A program made the position numbers and the translations under genes. Below the pieces are notes generated by a model. It was given only the letters and a program-made list of their open reading frames with translations, did no database searches and had not been told where the DNA came from. From sequence record NC_061440.1: a DNA stretch of 64,000 nt. The stretch is one strand, 5' to 3'. Numbering within the stretch: the stretch's first letter is position 1; each line of letters starts with the position of its first letter. Positions 27,304-37,173 of this stretch are shown here, piece by piece.

Positions 27304-27606
27304 ATGTTCAATACTACTACCATCGTAAAGAAATCTGGTGCTGCAAACGTTACCAATCATTCGTTCGGTATTACAGGTATCACGCCAACCAATCGCATTT
27401 CTTGCATCTGGCCTGGCGCTTTGGAGGTTCCGGCTGACATTAAACGTTGGTGCCGTGCTAACGAAATCATTAATGACCTTGACGCTTACATGCGTGTTCG
27501 TTTTAAAGGTCGTCGTGCTGATATCCTGAACTTGGTTGCTCGTCATCTGGCACCAAACAATCCTGAACTGGCTGTGCGTATTCTTGCAACTATCACTGAG
27601 GCCTAA
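27304..27606 (+). CDS. Hypothetical protein
   Basis: AAGGA RBS. Confidence 0.75.
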   Translation: MFNTTTIVKKSGAANVTNHSFGITGITPTNRISCIWPGALEVPADIKRWCRANEIINDLDAYMRVRFKGRRADILNLVARHLAPNNPELAVRILATITEA

Positions 27607-27607
27607 A

Positions 27608-27871
27608 ATGAAAGTCCAATCTATGGAAGCTGTTTACGGTGCTACAAACACCAACACTCCGCTTGTGGAGAAACGCGGCTTTCGTTCTGTCGAATCGAAG
27701 TACGTCGATGGAACGGAGGTTAGATTACAACGGTTGTCGCATGACATACATGAACGTCAGGTGGTGGGCTACGATCAATTTGGTCGAGCAGTGTACGGAA
27801 CATATGTACCACCATCTACGTTCGAAGTGCGTGACAGCAAGGAAAGCGAACCGAATAAGACGGCGCCCTAG
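27608..27871 (+). CDS. Hypothetical protein
   Basis: ORF. Confidence 0.65.
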   Translation: MKVQSMEAVYGATNTNTPLVEKRGFRSVESKYVDGTEVRLQRLSHDIHERQVVGYDQFGRAVYGTYVPPSTFEVRDSKESEPNKTAP

Positions 27872-27944
27872 CAAGCTCACAACCAGAAGCCATAGAATAA
27901 CAAACAATAAATTCATGCGCTGACCTATCGTGGGGTGTCTTAAA

Positions 27945-28322
27945 ATGATCGTTATATGTAATAGCTCGAAAGAATTTTCAGCCGACCGTTTGGCTCATGG
28001 CGACGCATTTGTTTTTGGGAAGACTCGCATGTTGTTACGTGCGGACTTCATCGTCCTGACAGACAAAAACAATGCGGTATTCGTAATACGCAAATCTGAT
28101 GTTGTTTGGTCTCCCGAGCTTACGGGCGCAACGCATGTGATTAAAATCCGGGCGTATGCCCAGGTTAAGCCGTTTGAACTCAACGCAGCATGTCCGCAGT
28201 TTAACAGTCGTGTGTTCGGAACAATTGCGTTTCGTAACCCACACTTTGAGCACCGTCTTGGTAGCTTGAAATATGTAGAGACAATCTTCGGAGGTTTACA
28301 TGGCACGGTATCATGTGTTTAG
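27945..28322 (+). CDS. Hypothetical protein
   Basis: ORF. Confidence 0.65.
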   Translation: MIVICNSSKEFSADRLAHGDAFVFGKTRMLLRADFIVLTDKNNAVFVIRKSDVVWSPELTGATHVIKIRAYAQVKPFELNAACPQFNSRVFGTIAFRNPHFEHRLGSLKYVETIFGGLHGTVSCV

Positions 28323-28551
28323 TGCGACTCATAAATACTACGGTGAAGCATACGAAGGAACTTGGCTCAAAGAGATAACTCTCAACGGGCACCAAGTCCT
28401 CAACGCAGAGTTCCCTAACTTCGAGGCCGCGAAAGAATGCGCCGACAAGTTGCATGAGGTTTGCGATATTGGGTGGATCGTGTATAACGCTTTTTCTGAA
28501 CGCGCTATGTACGATACCCGCACGGTACAAGGCGAGTCTGTAAACAACTAA
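28300..28551 (+). CDS. Hypothetical protein
   Basis: GGAGG RBS. Confidence 0.7.
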   Translation: MARYHVFSATHKYYGEAYEGTWLKEITLNGHQVLNAEFPNFEAAKECADKLHEVCDIGWIVYNAFSERAMYDTRTVQGESVNN

Positions 28552-28623
28552 CAGGCCCGCCAGTTATCCCTAAACGTGATGCTCACGGGCGTCACACAAA
28601 TTTTCACAATACGAGGCTATAAA

Positions 28624-29133
28624 ATGAAATTCACCGCAATCGCTATCGCACTGGTTATGTCTGCTTCCGCTTCCGCTGCAAACTATGTGGCACCAGCTCC
28701 TGCTGCTGGCATGAAATCTTCTGGCATGACTATCAGCGACAAGCTGGACGATAGCTGCCAGAAGAAACTTAATCAGGCGATCGACCTGCGTCATTCAGTG
28801 ATTGACTTCGCTGTATCAAAAGATGCAATCGACACTGTAGCCGCTTGGCCGCTTGTGTGTTCACCGACTGTTGAGTCTGCGTCGGTTACTGTTGAACGTA
28901 TCGGCAGTGACATTACGATCACCTACGTCAATAACGACAAGTCGCTGGCGAATCTTAGCCTCGTGTTGCAGCGCGTAGAATCCACTACAGAAGACGATGC
29001 ACCAGCGTATCAGATCGTTCAGATTGGTGACCTGAATGCTATGGGTTATCAGGAACAAACTGACGTGAAAGAGTGGCTGCTTGATTGTTATGCGGCTACT
29101 GTGCAGGACGACATGGCTGTAGTGAGGAACTGA
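28624..29133 (+). CDS. Secreted/periplasmic protein
   Basis: Sec-type signal peptide MKFTAIAIALVMSASASA. Confidence 0.75.
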   Translation: MKFTAIAIALVMSASASAANYVAPAPAAGMKSSGMTISDKLDDSCQKKLNQAIDLRHSVIDFAVSKDAIDTVAAWPLVCSPTVESASVTVERIGSDITITYVNNDKSLANLSLVLQRVESTTEDDAPAYQIVQIGDLNAMGYQEQTDVKEWLLDCYAATVQDDMAVVRN

Positions 29134-29438
29134 TGAAAGGAAAGAAGTTAGACGTATTTTTGCAGCAACGCACGGCAATGAACAAAATCGCGTCCAGCCC
29201 GCAAGACTGGGAGACGTACAAAGAAATGCTGTTGAACATACGGCTTGCCGTTGCTGTTGACCCTCGACCTGATGCTGCTGTACGCCATCTGGCTCGTACA
29301 TGGCACGCCGAAAAGAAATATGCGCTCCCTGTCTGTCAGGCTACGCTTCTGAAACTGATGACGTTGAAGAAAGCAAACCAAACGCTTGAAGAAATGATCG
29401 CGCTTTACATTGACCTTGAGGAAGGACCGAAGAAATGA
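29133..29438 (+). CDS. Hypothetical protein
   Basis: GAGGA RBS; coupled. Confidence 0.7.
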   Translation: MKGKKLDVFLQQRTAMNKIASSPQDWETYKEMLLNIRLAVAVDPRPDAAVRHLARTWHAEKKYALPVCQATLLKLMTLKKANQTLEEMIALYIDLEEGPKK

Positions 29439-30628
29439 CCGAAGATGAAATGAACATCGACCACATTCGCAACGCCACGAAATCTATCTTCACTTCTGGC
29501 ACCGTTCAGCAACGTGACGCTCTGCGTTCAATCGCTAACACTGTGCTTGCTCCTAACGCCATGTTTGCGTGTGAAGTCGAGGCGCCTGATGTGGAAACCG
29601 CGTATCGTCTGCTGGAAGAAATCAAATTCACTGGCGACGGCACTAACATGCTTCCTGCCGATGAAGTGTATGCGCTCGATTCCATTCTGAGTAAGAAGTG
29701 GAAGAAAGACTTCTTTGAAGCAGTGCGCAATATCGCGCTGACAATGTACAGCACCGACCCTGTGTCTGCCGGTAAAGGCTTCTGGCCACGCAATCAAGGC
29801 GAGTTCAATCAGTTGATCACTCGCGCTTTCGTCTGGGTGTTGGCTCAAGAAGGTCTGAAAAATCTTTTGAAAGATTCGACTGTCGTTAGCCATACGCGTC
29901 TTGCTCAATTCATGATCGCAACGCAACTCGTAGGCAAAGACGAACCGAATCTGCGCCACTTCACAACGTATCGTCCATATCAGGACACAGGTGGTGTGAA
30001 CTGCGACAACATTCTGCCTGAGTCTTATCTCGAACAAATTCGCGCAGAACGCCGTGCAGGCCAGCCGCCAGAATATGAAGCTGCCAAGAACATGTCGTTC
30101 TCTGACCTGGCTGATTTGTGTGAGCGCTTGAACGTCATTGGCCCGGGTTCGACTAAACCCGTAACCTGTAATTGCCCTGTCGGTGAACTTTGCGAATGCG
30201 AAGAAGACGAATACCAGACGCGTGACGATTTTGACGAAGACCAGGAGGAGTTGCTGGAAGAGTTCTATCGTAAATTCGGCTTCCCTCACGATGAAGATGA
30301 AGACGAGCCCGAAGAAGAAATCTGGCGCGAAGGTATCTCGCTCATGGAAGTTGAAGTCGATCTGCCTACTGTGCGTCTGACTCTTCCAGAAGCCGGTGTC
30401 CGCAGAGACTCACGCATGAAAAAGCCGATGCAGAAATCTCGCCGTAACAAGATTCTGCTTACGGCTGAACAACAAATCTGGCACAAGGTTGATACTGACC
30501 CTGTGTCCGCAGATCGTCGCTTCGCTATCAGCCTCGTATCTCGTCATACGTGCGGTGTTAGTCGCCCTGTCGCCACGCAGCGTGAAGCACTGGCAATCGC
30601 CGCTGCTTTAGCTGAACTCTGCAAGTAA
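29435..30628 (+). CDS. Hypothetical protein (397 aa) with an acidic stretch and a C.C..G..C.C motif
   Basis: Long ORF. Confidence 0.8.
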   Translation: MTEDEMNIDHIRNATKSIFTSGTVQQRDALRSIANTVLAPNAMFACEVEAPDVETAYRLLEEIKFTGDGTNMLPADEVYALDSILSKKWKKDFFEAVRNIALTMYSTDPVSAGKGFWPRNQGEFNQLITRAFVWVLAQEGLKNLLKDSTVVSHTRLAQFMIATQLVGKDEPNLRHFTTYRPYQDTGGVNCDNILPESYLEQIRAERRAGQPPEYEAAKNMSFSDLADLCERLNVIGPGSTKPVTCNCPVGELCECEEDEYQTRDDFDEDQEELLEEFYRKFGFPHDEDEDEPEEEIWREGISLMEVEVDLPTVRLTLPEAGVRRDSRMKKPMQKSRRNKILLTAEQQIWHKVDTDPVSADRRFAISLVSRHTCGVSRPVATQREALAIAAALAELCK

Positions 30629-30673
30629 CTGGTCAGAATAGCGCTTCTTCGTGAGGCGCTTCTATGATACAAT
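30621..30673 (+). promoter_or_regulatory. Promoter: GCA-N7-GG box plus extended -10, with a hairpin in the spacer
   Basis: GCAAGTAACTGGTCAGAAT ... TGATACAAT. Confidence 0.75.
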
Positions 30674-30739
30674 CATAGATAGAGCAATATCGCTCTCAAC
30701 GTTTTATCAACCATACGTTTAAACACGGGATTGTCATTT

Positions 30740-31042
30740 ATGTCACGCACTATTTCACGCAAGAAAGCCTTAGAGTTAATGTCCAAAACTTATAACGCCA
30801 AGCACCCTGAATATCTTCCGCGCCTGATGGCCGAAGATATGGATTCGAAAGACCTGTTCGAATTCCGTGAAGATGTTGTCGCCCAGATTCGTGCTGGGAA
30901 AGATCCCGTTAAGGTTGTTGATGATATGATCGACAACGCTATTCGTGTGACTTTGGTTCGTCGTCGTTCGAGCAACGACTATAATCCGAAGATTGCCGAC
31001 GTGCTGACTGATGAAATTCGTGACCTGCTTCGTAACCTGTAA
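30740..31042 (+). CDS. Hypothetical protein
   Basis: ORF. Confidence 0.75.
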   Translation: MSRTISRKKALELMSKTYNAKHPEYLPRLMAEDMDSKDLFEFREDVVAQIRAGKDPVKVVDDMIDNAIRVTLVRRRSSNDYNPKIADVLTDEIRDLLRNL

Positions 31043-31051
31043 GGAATAAAA

Positions 31052-31603
31052 ATGAAAAGCTACGGTTACTTCTATATGTTGAACCATATCGCTATGGCCG
31101 TAGACGCACCCAACAAGGAAGTTGGGTTTAAAGCAATGGTTGAACTGGATATGTTTAACCGCGCGTCTATCTTCACTCGACCTGATGCAGAGCCTCGTGC
31201 CGCGCAACTGGTCAAAGACCTCACTGCCGCCATCTACCCTGTCGGTGACTGTCACCCGACCGTAGAGCAACGCATGATGCTGGTGCAAGCGCTGCATGAC
31301 CAAGAGCTGGAAAAGATTCTTGGTTCGATTCGTTTCTTCGTGCCGTTCGCGTACACAAAAGAAGTGTTATGCGATACGTTCGGATTCTTCGACAACGGTG
31401 ATACGTTGAGCATTCCGTATTTTCTGCGTCACCACTTCATGGATGACCAAGCTGTCTTCTATGACGGCAAACTGACCAGCTTCGCGTATTCGTGTTCGCA
31501 CGGCGAAGTGTCGCAGACTGCCAGACAGTATGGTCTGTTCCCTGCATACGCTTACGGTAAGAACGATATACCTGAGCAATTCAAACATCTGCCTCTATTC
31601 TAG
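31052..31603 (+). CDS. Hypothetical protein
   Basis: AAGGA RBS. Confidence 0.75.
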   Translation: MKSYGYFYMLNHIAMAVDAPNKEVGFKAMVELDMFNRASIFTRPDAEPRAAQLVKDLTAAIYPVGDCHPTVEQRMMLVQALHDQELEKILGSIRFFVPFAYTKEVLCDTFGFFDNGDTLSIPYFLRHHFMDDQAVFYDGKLTSFAYSCSHGEVSQTARQYGLFPAYAYGKNDIPEQFKHLPLF

Positions 31604-31611
31604 GAGACACT

Positions 31612-32076
31612 ATGGGAGTAGTTAAAGGCATAACCGCTACCACGTTCCCTGCACGTGGGCGTGACGAGGGCCAGAAGATTGCTCTCAAGACGCGCTGGGG
31701 AATCTACCCAGCCGTTATCGTGCGTCAAGACAACGACAATCCGTATAACGAGATTTGGAAGGTCGATGCAAAGAATCTTCCTCGTCGTTACTTCACTGAG
31801 GTAGATGACCTGTTCGTGTCTCGTAAGTTCATCGAGAACTATCCGAAGCTCTCGCCTATCTGTGAGAAAGGCGAGTACGAAGACAAGTTCGTTGACGTTG
31901 TGTTTGACCATGACGTGCAAAACAAATGTGAAGGCGTTGTCGTCACACATCGCAACGCTCTGCTGGTCATTCTGATAACGACAGGTCCGCATGAAGGTCG
32001 TTATGTCACAGGCAAAGAATGTCAGTACGCCGTGAAGCCTCGCACGGTTAAGGACCTGATCGATGAAAACGAATAA
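31612..32076 (+). CDS. Hypothetical protein, possibly two SH3-like phage domains
   Basis: FP.RG..EG.K...IVR.D.D.P and V.V.FD....EG.YV...ECQY. Confidence 0.7.
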   Translation: MGVVKGITATTFPARGRDEGQKIALKTRWGIYPAVIVRQDNDNPYNEIWKVDAKNLPRRYFTEVDDLFVSRKFIENYPKLSPICEKGEYEDKFVDVVFDHDVQNKCEGVVVTHRNALLVILITTGPHEGRYVTGKECQYAVKPRTVKDLIDENE

Positions 32077-32344
32077 AGGTAATTTCCTTGAGCGCTTGAA
32101 GTCCGGCGAAACTTTTTACATGCACATTAGCGGTAAGAAGAAGGGCCAACCACGTCAAGGTGTTTCGTTAGGCCATGACGCTCGATACAAAGACCTGATG
32201 ATGGCTGTCGGTGGTGTTGCATTCACTCACGGTTATAAGAACGTTCAGGTATCATTCAGCCGCAACATCATGGCAGACTCTGATGGTGTTGTGGTGTTTC
32301 GCGTTAAACAATCAATCACTGTTAAAGAAGAAAGGACGTACTAA
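32063..32344 (+). CDS. Hypothetical protein
   Basis: ORF. Confidence 0.7.
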   Translation: MKTNKGNFLERLKSGETFYMHISGKKKGQPRQGVSLGHDARYKDLMMAVGGVAFTHGYKNVQVSFSRNIMADSDGVVVFRVKQSITVKEERTY

Positions 32345-32871
32345 TGCAATTCTTAATCAAGCCAGAAGATCGTTTCCCGAATTTCATCCCGCCTAAACGC
32401 GCTACTGCGAAAGCTGCGGGCTTCGACCTGTTCGCGCAGGAAGATATGATCATCACGGGCGACACCGTGCTGTTCGATCTGGGCTTCCGTACTAAAGTGC
32501 CAAAAGACCACGTTGCTATCATCTTCCCACGTAGCGGCCTGGGCGCTAAGTTCCAGGTGCAGTTGGCAAACACGAACGGTGTTATCGACGAAGACTACAC
32601 TGGCATCTGGATGGCTGCTCTGCATCTCGGCGGTAAAGGTACTCAGGTACAACAACTCGACTGGCTGAGTGCTGCATACGAGCAATCCAGCTTCACCGAA
32701 ATCCCGGACATTGACGACGACGAAGATCAGAAAGCGTTGTTGATTAAACGCGGCGATGCGTTCGCGCAGGTGTTGTTCTTCCCTGTGCCAGAAGTCGAAG
32801 TGGTTATCACGCACGAACCTCTGCCTGAAACAGATCGTGGTGACGGCTGCTTCGGTTCCACAACGAAGTGA
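32344..32871 (+). CDS. dut: Trimeric dUTPase
   Basis: AGFDL, PRSGLG, NTNGVIDEDYTG, GDAFAQ, RGDGCFGST. Confidence 0.95.
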   Translation: MQFLIKPEDRFPNFIPPKRATAKAAGFDLFAQEDMIITGDTVLFDLGFRTKVPKDHVAIIFPRSGLGAKFQVQLANTNGVIDEDYTGIWMAALHLGGKGTQVQQLDWLSAAYEQSSFTEIPDIDDDEDQKALLIKRGDAFAQVLFFPVPEVEVVITHEPLPETDRGDGCFGSTTK

Positions 32872-33083
32872 TTTACTTCTGGCTGATCTTCGCAGCGTAC
32901 TACGTTGTCGGCATTGTCGTGTTTGCCAGTGACCTAAAAGAAACGTCCGACGATGTGATGCTGATGCGCCAGTTCAATGAAGAACTGAATCGCATGACCA
33001 ATCTTGAACTAGTTTGGGATGCGATAAAACTTTTGCTATTCGTGGTGTTCATCCACATTCCTTGTTGGATTCTCCGCGTATAG
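32868..33083 (+). CDS. Small membrane protein
   Basis: Two hydrophobic segments. Confidence 0.65.
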   Translation: MIYFWLIFAAYYVVGIVVFASDLKETSDDVMLMRQFNEELNRMTNLELVWDAIKLLLFVVFIHIPCWILRV

Positions 33084-33098
33084 TGACGTTACTCACAC

Positions 33099-33121
33099 GA
33101 GGAGCCTTACGTGGGCTCCTC
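33099..33121 (+). terminator. Hairpin, possible terminator
   Basis: GAGGAGCC-TTACGTG-GGCTCCTC. Confidence 0.5.
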
Positions 33122-33141
33122 ATTATCGTAATATAAATGCT

Positions 33142-33456
33142 ATGGGAAAGAAAACTTATCTGCTGCCCCGCGAGCGCCCTAGCCCTCTGCCGAACTTACG
33201 TGCCTATCTCGCGTATCTCGCCCGGAAGCCTAATGCTAACCGCGAAGTATTAGAAACGTATTGCAATCAGAGTCTGGCCCAAATGCGCCGTGAGCGGTTC
33301 TTTGTTGGTAAGCTCTTTGCCTATAAAGTGTATACGAAGTCGAACAAGCTCGCATACACGGTTGTCTGGATTGACCCGTACAACTATGACTGCCTTGTTC
33401 TGAATCACCAAAGGAGATGCGTAGAGTTTAAAAATTTATACGGCCTGCTTTTATAG
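33142..33456 (+). CDS. Hypothetical protein
   Basis: ORF. Confidence 0.6.
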   Translation: MGKKTYLLPRERPSPLPNLRAYLAYLARKPNANREVLETYCNQSLAQMRRERFFVGKLFAYKVYTKSNKLAYTVVWIDPYNYDCLVLNHQRRCVEFKNLYGLLL

Positions 33457-33493
33457 TTAGGTCCTAGCGCCTTCACACTAGGAGATTCTTCCA

Positions 33494-34174
33494 ATGATAA
33501 CTGTTCTTAACAATCGTACCGACGAGGTAATGAAACGCCTAAACGTAGCAGTATGGGTTTGTGTTGCTTTCGCATTTGCTGTTTTAATCGCAGTGTTGAA
33601 TACGCCCGCTAACGCCAGCATGTCTACAGGCCCTGACAACGCCATTGATATGTCTTCAACCGTGTCACTCGATCCCTCCAATCGTGTGGCGACTAAATAC
33701 AAGGAGATAGAAAAGGCAGTAGCAGTAAAAGACGAACGAAGGCCAAAACGCTATGTAACACGCGAGCGCCTCCGACAACTCTATGCGCACTTGCCTCATC
33801 CAACAGACCTTGGCAAGCAAATTGATTTGGCCGCAGAGAAGTATCAGGTAGATGCGAAGCTGCTTCTTTCCATCTGCGTCTCCGAGTCGCATCTCCGTGC
33901 AAAGGTCAGAAATAAGTCTGGCGCAACTGGCTTATGTCAGATTATGCCAAACATGCACGGCCGTTCTGTTAAAGAACTTATGGACTACCGGGTCAATGTT
34001 GATCAGGCAGCCCAAATCGTAGCGCTACTAAACAAGCAGTGTAAAGGACGACGCGCCTGCGTCATTCAAAGTTACAACACTGGTTGGGGAGCATATTTAA
34101 AGGGTGTACGTTCACCACAATACTTAGCTAAAGTTCAGACCGAGTATCGCCGCAAGCATACTCCTTCTTCCTAA
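33494..34174 (+). CDS. SLT-family lytic transglycosylase with an N-terminal TM segment
   Basis: AAEKYQVD..LL..I..SES, GATGLCQIMP, SYNTG, YLAKV. Confidence 0.9.
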   Translation: MITVLNNRTDEVMKRLNVAVWVCVAFAFAVLIAVLNTPANASMSTGPDNAIDMSSTVSLDPSNRVATKYKEIEKAVAVKDERRPKRYVTRERLRQLYAHLPHPTDLGKQIDLAAEKYQVDAKLLLSICVSESHLRAKVRNKSGATGLCQIMPNMHGRSVKELMDYRVNVDQAAQIVALLNKQCKGRRACVIQSYNTGWGAYLKGVRSPQYLAKVQTEYRRKHTPSS

Positions 34175-34186
34175 GAGGATATAATA

Positions 34187-34837
34187 ATGAGCATCAATAT
34201 CGCCGCGCTGTACAAAATGCAATTCCAGTTGTTGAAGCCGCTATCTCCACGTCAAGAGTTTGCTCTCGTTGTGCTGCTCTCCGATGACCTGCGTGACGGT
34301 GATGTTAAAGCACTGGCAGAAGTAATCATCCGTGACTACCCGCATGTAGGCCGTCTGTATGACGCGTTCGCTGCGGCTAATCAGTTTGAAAATGCGGTAC
34401 CGTTCATCGTACCTGTGCTGAACTCCGAAGAAGTGACAGAAGAAATCTTCTGCATTCGTGACCACGCGCTTGTCGTTGCACCTGAACTGCGTGACCTTCT
34501 GAGTCAGGCTCTGGATCGTGTCGAACAGATGCGTGAAAGTCCTGATGAACTGCGTTTCTGCGAAGGCGCCAAGCCACTTCAACTCGGCTGGTTCATTGAT
34601 TGTATGCTCGACGCATATAACTGCGGTGTGTTGCCTATGATCGTGCGCCCTACGAAAGACCAGCAAGCGATGCGTGATGACCGTCTGCTGTCTTTTGAAA
34701 TGCTGCGTGATAGCAACATGTTCTCTGGAAGTCTTGACTTTACTAAGGCGCTACAGCCGAGCGAACGTGCTCGCGTTATCGCCCAGCAATTGTTAGCGCG
34801 TCTGCGTCATAACTCGCTGCGTGTGGTAACACAATAA
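34187..34837 (+). CDS. Hypothetical protein
   Basis: GAGGA RBS. Confidence 0.75.
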   Translation: MSINIAALYKMQFQLLKPLSPRQEFALVVLLSDDLRDGDVKALAEVIIRDYPHVGRLYDAFAAANQFENAVPFIVPVLNSEEVTEEIFCIRDHALVVAPELRDLLSQALDRVEQMRESPDELRFCEGAKPLQLGWFIDCMLDAYNCGVLPMIVRPTKDQQAMRDDRLLSFEMLRDSNMFSGSLDFTKALQPSERARVIAQQLLARLRHNSLRVVTQ

Positions 34838-34842
34838 AACTC

Positions 34843-34873
34843 AACGGGAGACCTTAACTGGTTTCCCGTTTTT
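34843..34873 (+). terminator. Intrinsic terminator
   Basis: AACGGGAGACC-TTAACT-GGTTTCCCGTT followed by TTT. Confidence 0.8.
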
Positions 34874-34905
34874 CATTTCTGCGCAAATTTTTAAGGACTA
34901 CCACA

Positions 34906-35847
34906 ATGACTAAAATGATCAACATGCCGTTTGCTACTTCTTCTAGTCGTAGCTCATTCTTCTCGGCAAAAGTTCGTGAACTCGATCTCCAGAGCGTCTG
35001 GAGCTACGTTGTATCAAACAACAATCCACAATGGCAAGGCGACCCATTGCTGCACCACATGCACTATCATTCTACCGAGCACATGAAGCAAGTAACTGCT
35101 CTCGCCCTGTGGCTGCTGAATGAAGAAGCCGAACAACCATGGCAGTATGATCTGGGTGCGCTGCCTCTGGCTATCGCCTGTATGTTCCACGATATGCACC
35201 ACTCTCTTGGCCGCTTGAGCGATGCAGTCAACGTGCGTACTGCACAAGACGCTTTCAAACAATATGTGACCGTGTGTGAAGACCAACGCATTATCGACCA
35301 GCAGGAAATCATTCTCGAACTGATAGGCGTTACGGAATTCCCGTACATGAAGAATCGCCAGCCGAAGAATCTGGTTGAGCGTTGCATTCGTGATGCGGAT
35401 ATTCTCTACGGTATGCAGGACGATGCACTGGACGTTGTGATGTTCGCACTGCGCCGTGAAGTGAATCGTGCCGTGAACAAGCCAACACACTTCACGCCAG
35501 AACAGTGGGCAGTAGGTCGTGTTGACTTCCTCATGTCTGTTGAGATGTATACGCCTACAGCAAATGCGATCATGGACTGGCTGTTGGCAAAAGACAACGA
35601 TCACAATCATCAGTCTAAGATTGATAGCTGGATGCGGGATAACGTTATCTTCCGTGATACGTCAGCACACAAGCTCCAGGCCAATGATGTGTTGTTTATC
35701 GACACTGAGGCAGACAGTACGCCGAAGCGCCGTTTGATTGAACGTGTTGAGTCAGTACATCCGTACATCAACTTCTATTTCCACGACGGCGAAGCTATCT
35801 CGCTGCGTGACGGTGAGAGTTGTGTGGTCTGCGAAAGACGCAAATAA
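34906..35847 (+). CDS. HD-domain phosphohydrolase
   Basis: YHSTEH, ACMFHDMHH, IGVTEFP, IRDADIL. Confidence 0.8.
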   Translation: MTKMINMPFATSSSRSSFFSAKVRELDLQSVWSYVVSNNNPQWQGDPLLHHMHYHSTEHMKQVTALALWLLNEEAEQPWQYDLGALPLAIACMFHDMHHSLGRLSDAVNVRTAQDAFKQYVTVCEDQRIIDQQEIILELIGVTEFPYMKNRQPKNLVERCIRDADILYGMQDDALDVVMFALRREVNRAVNKPTHFTPEQWAVGRVDFLMSVEMYTPTANAIMDWLLAKDNDHNHQSKIDSWMRDNVIFRDTSAHKLQANDVLFIDTEADSTPKRRLIERVESVHPYINFYFHDGEAISLRDGESCVVCERRK

Positions 35848-35891
35848 TAGGCTGAAATAGGCGTATACGAACCACGTGCCTGTGATATAAT
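35840..35891 (+). promoter_or_regulatory. Promoter: GCA-N7-GG box plus extended -10
   Basis: GCAAATAATAGGCTGAAAT ... TGATATAAT. Confidence 0.8.
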
Positions 35892-35923
35892 ACGCATAGG
35901 CACACATAATAGAGAGAACTTGA

Positions 35924-36628
35924 ATGAAATACTTGAAGCGCATTCATCCCGGTGTGGACGCAAGTCTGTTTGCGATTAACGGAATCGTAATACCGATGGC
36001 TTTCTTCTACATGGACGTCACTATCCATGATCAAGAACGCGGCGACAAAGAAATAAAGCTCGGTGTGCGTATGAATCCACACGTTCCTGTAGAATCCTAT
36101 CTGCCTGGCGTGGACTACAGAACGTTTATTCCAGTGTTAGCCTGCGACCCATCTGATGACGAAGGGTTCCATACGGAGCTGGGATTCATTGACATTAACA
36201 GTCGCTATGTTGATCTGCATCACCAGAAGCGAACGTATCTTGCTTATCTAGGTTCGTTGCCTGATGTTGCAGAGTCCGATGTGCGCGACAAACGATATGT
36301 ATGTCCGATAGACATACGCCAAATACCGCCGCACCCTGACATGCCTCAACGTTTCCGCAATACACCACGTTACGGCGCTACGATTCGCACTGATTACCTG
36401 CGTACCTCTGCCATCGATCAGATCGACGATGAAACGTGGGAAGCGCTGCGCACCATTGACCACGCTAAAGGTACTACGTGGTCACAGTTTTTAGACGCCG
36501 CAACGTCAGGGCGCTTCACGCCACACGATGATCTGTCAGACTGTTTGGAGAACATCGACCACGAGTACATGCCTGAACATATCTTCAAGCGTATTCGTAT
36601 CGCTCAATTCGAGAAAAGAAGGAACTGA
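35924..36628 (+). CDS. Hypothetical protein
   Basis: ORF. Confidence 0.75.
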   Translation: MKYLKRIHPGVDASLFAINGIVIPMAFFYMDVTIHDQERGDKEIKLGVRMNPHVPVESYLPGVDYRTFIPVLACDPSDDEGFHTELGFIDINSRYVDLHHQKRTYLAYLGSLPDVAESDVRDKRYVCPIDIRQIPPHPDMPQRFRNTPRYGATIRTDYLRTSAIDQIDDETWEALRTIDHAKGTTWSQFLDAATSGRFTPHDDLSDCLENIDHEYMPEHIFKRIRIAQFEKRRN

Positions 36629-36630
36629 TC

Positions 36631-36861
36631 ATGATGCACGATTTGTATAAGGTGAGTGCTATCCTGTTCTACACGCTAGGCGCTATGGCTTTCCTTGCAC
36701 ATATCGTAGGCTTCATGAAGAACTGGATGAAAATTCAGGAGATGCGCCAGAAAGCAAAAGCGAAAGCCGCTAAGGTGCGCTCTCCACTGCAAGACATTAA
36801 ACGCCGTCTGCGTAAAGCAGAAGAACGCGCACGGCATCGCCCACGTAAATTGAGAGACTAA
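36631..36861 (+). CDS. Small protein: TM segment plus basic tail
   Basis: Hydrophobic N-terminus, K/R-rich C-terminus. Confidence 0.65.
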   Translation: MMHDLYKVSAILFYTLGAMAFLAHIVGFMKNWMKIQEMRQKAKAKAAKVRSPLQDIKRRLRKAEERARHRPRKLRD

Positions 36862-36863
36862 TC

Positions 36864-37172
36864 ATGGCTGAATTAACCCGCGACGATAATCTGGCGAACA
36901 AAGTACAACGTGCTTTGGAAATCTGCTGGGAAGAGACAACGAAGCGTAATGAAGGTGAACACACCTATGCGTTTCTCGCGTCTGAGTTTGCCGCTAACGG
37001 TAAGAACTTGTTTGATGGCGAATTGCGAATGCTGAACGCCATGTTGCGAGATGCCGTTAACATCAACATGTACGGCCGTTACGTTGCAACCGTTTATACA
37101 GGCAACAAAGGTATCATGGTCGCGTTCCAGCCTGTAGCCGATCTGGAAGATATCATCGAAATGAGGCTCTAG
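36864..37172 (+). CDS. Hypothetical protein
   Basis: ORF. Confidence 0.7.
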   Translation: MAELTRDDNLANKVQRALEICWEETTKRNEGEHTYAFLASEFAANGKNLFDGELRMLNAMLRDAVNINMYGRYVATVYTGNKGIMVAFQPVADLEDIIEMRL

Positions 37173-37173
37173 C

